A stretch of DNA of 64,000 nucleotides, taken from positions 37,944,001 to 38,008,000 of the forward strand of contig NC_042998.1 of NCBI RefSeq assembly GCF_006345805.1, given 5' to 3'. This stretch comes from Octopus sinensis. Lineage: Eukaryota. The notes below the pieces were generated by a model. That model saw only the letters and a list, made by a program, of their open reading frames with translations. It was not told the origin of the DNA and ran no database searches. The number at the start of each line of letters is the position of its first letter. Position 1 is the first letter of the stretch. A program made the translations under genes and the position numbers. This document shows positions 63,742 through 64,000 of this stretch, one piece after another.

Positions 63742-64000
63742 GAGCAACAAAAAGAGAACAAAAATGCTCCGCAAATATAACATCACAGAAAAAGATTTGC
63801 CGGAGATAAAAGAAAAGCTGAAGCAAGATATCCTTGCCAAAGCTCAAAGGATCCGCCGGTACAAGAAACGCCAACGCTTCTTTGAACAGAACAAAAAGTT
63901 CAACTCCGACCCCAAAAAGTTCTACCAAGAACTGGGCAAAAATAAAATAGAAGTCACTGCAGCACCAACGGCAGAAGAATTGGAAGAATTCTGGAAAGAA
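63740..64000 (+). CDS. R4/Dong-like retrotransposon ORF, pre-RT region; open to the window edge, no start codon at its 5' end (absent from the ORF track)
   Basis: 87 uninterrupted codons: LSNKKRTKMLRKYNITEKDLPEIKEKLKQDILAKAQRIRRYKKRQRFFEQNKKFNSDPKKFYQELGKNKIEVTAAPTAEELEEFWKE, matching the R4 motif KQKxxAKxxRIRRY...QNxxF..DxKKFY...PxxEExExFW. Confidence 0.85.

Overview
AT-rich, repeat-dense eukaryotic DNA with no confidently identifiable intact host gene. The repeat repertoire (tRNA-headed SINEs of three families, huge (TA)n/(CA)n/(TATG)n/(AAT)n tracts) points to an octopod cephalopod (Octopus-like) intron or intergenic region; this assignment is inference from recalled families, not a search. 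Almost every ORF in the supplied track is a microsatellite translation or an antisense reading of a decayed element. Recognisable content: about 15 SINE copies (two with target-site duplications, two multimeric), an RTE-clade LINE fragment, a Tc1 transposase 5' half, PIF/Harbinger, piggyBac-like and Tx1-like remnants, and many R4/Dong-like fragments, including an open 87-codon stretch at the right edge. The most striking unexplained structures are a near-perfect 135-bp-arm palindrome (50818-51103), a near-perfect 150-bp inverted repeat bracketing a promoter-like island (9969-10994), and two copies of a minimal hammerhead-ribozyme-like motif (11069-11103 +, 37466-37500 -). Several isolated candidate exons are listed as low-confidence leads only.
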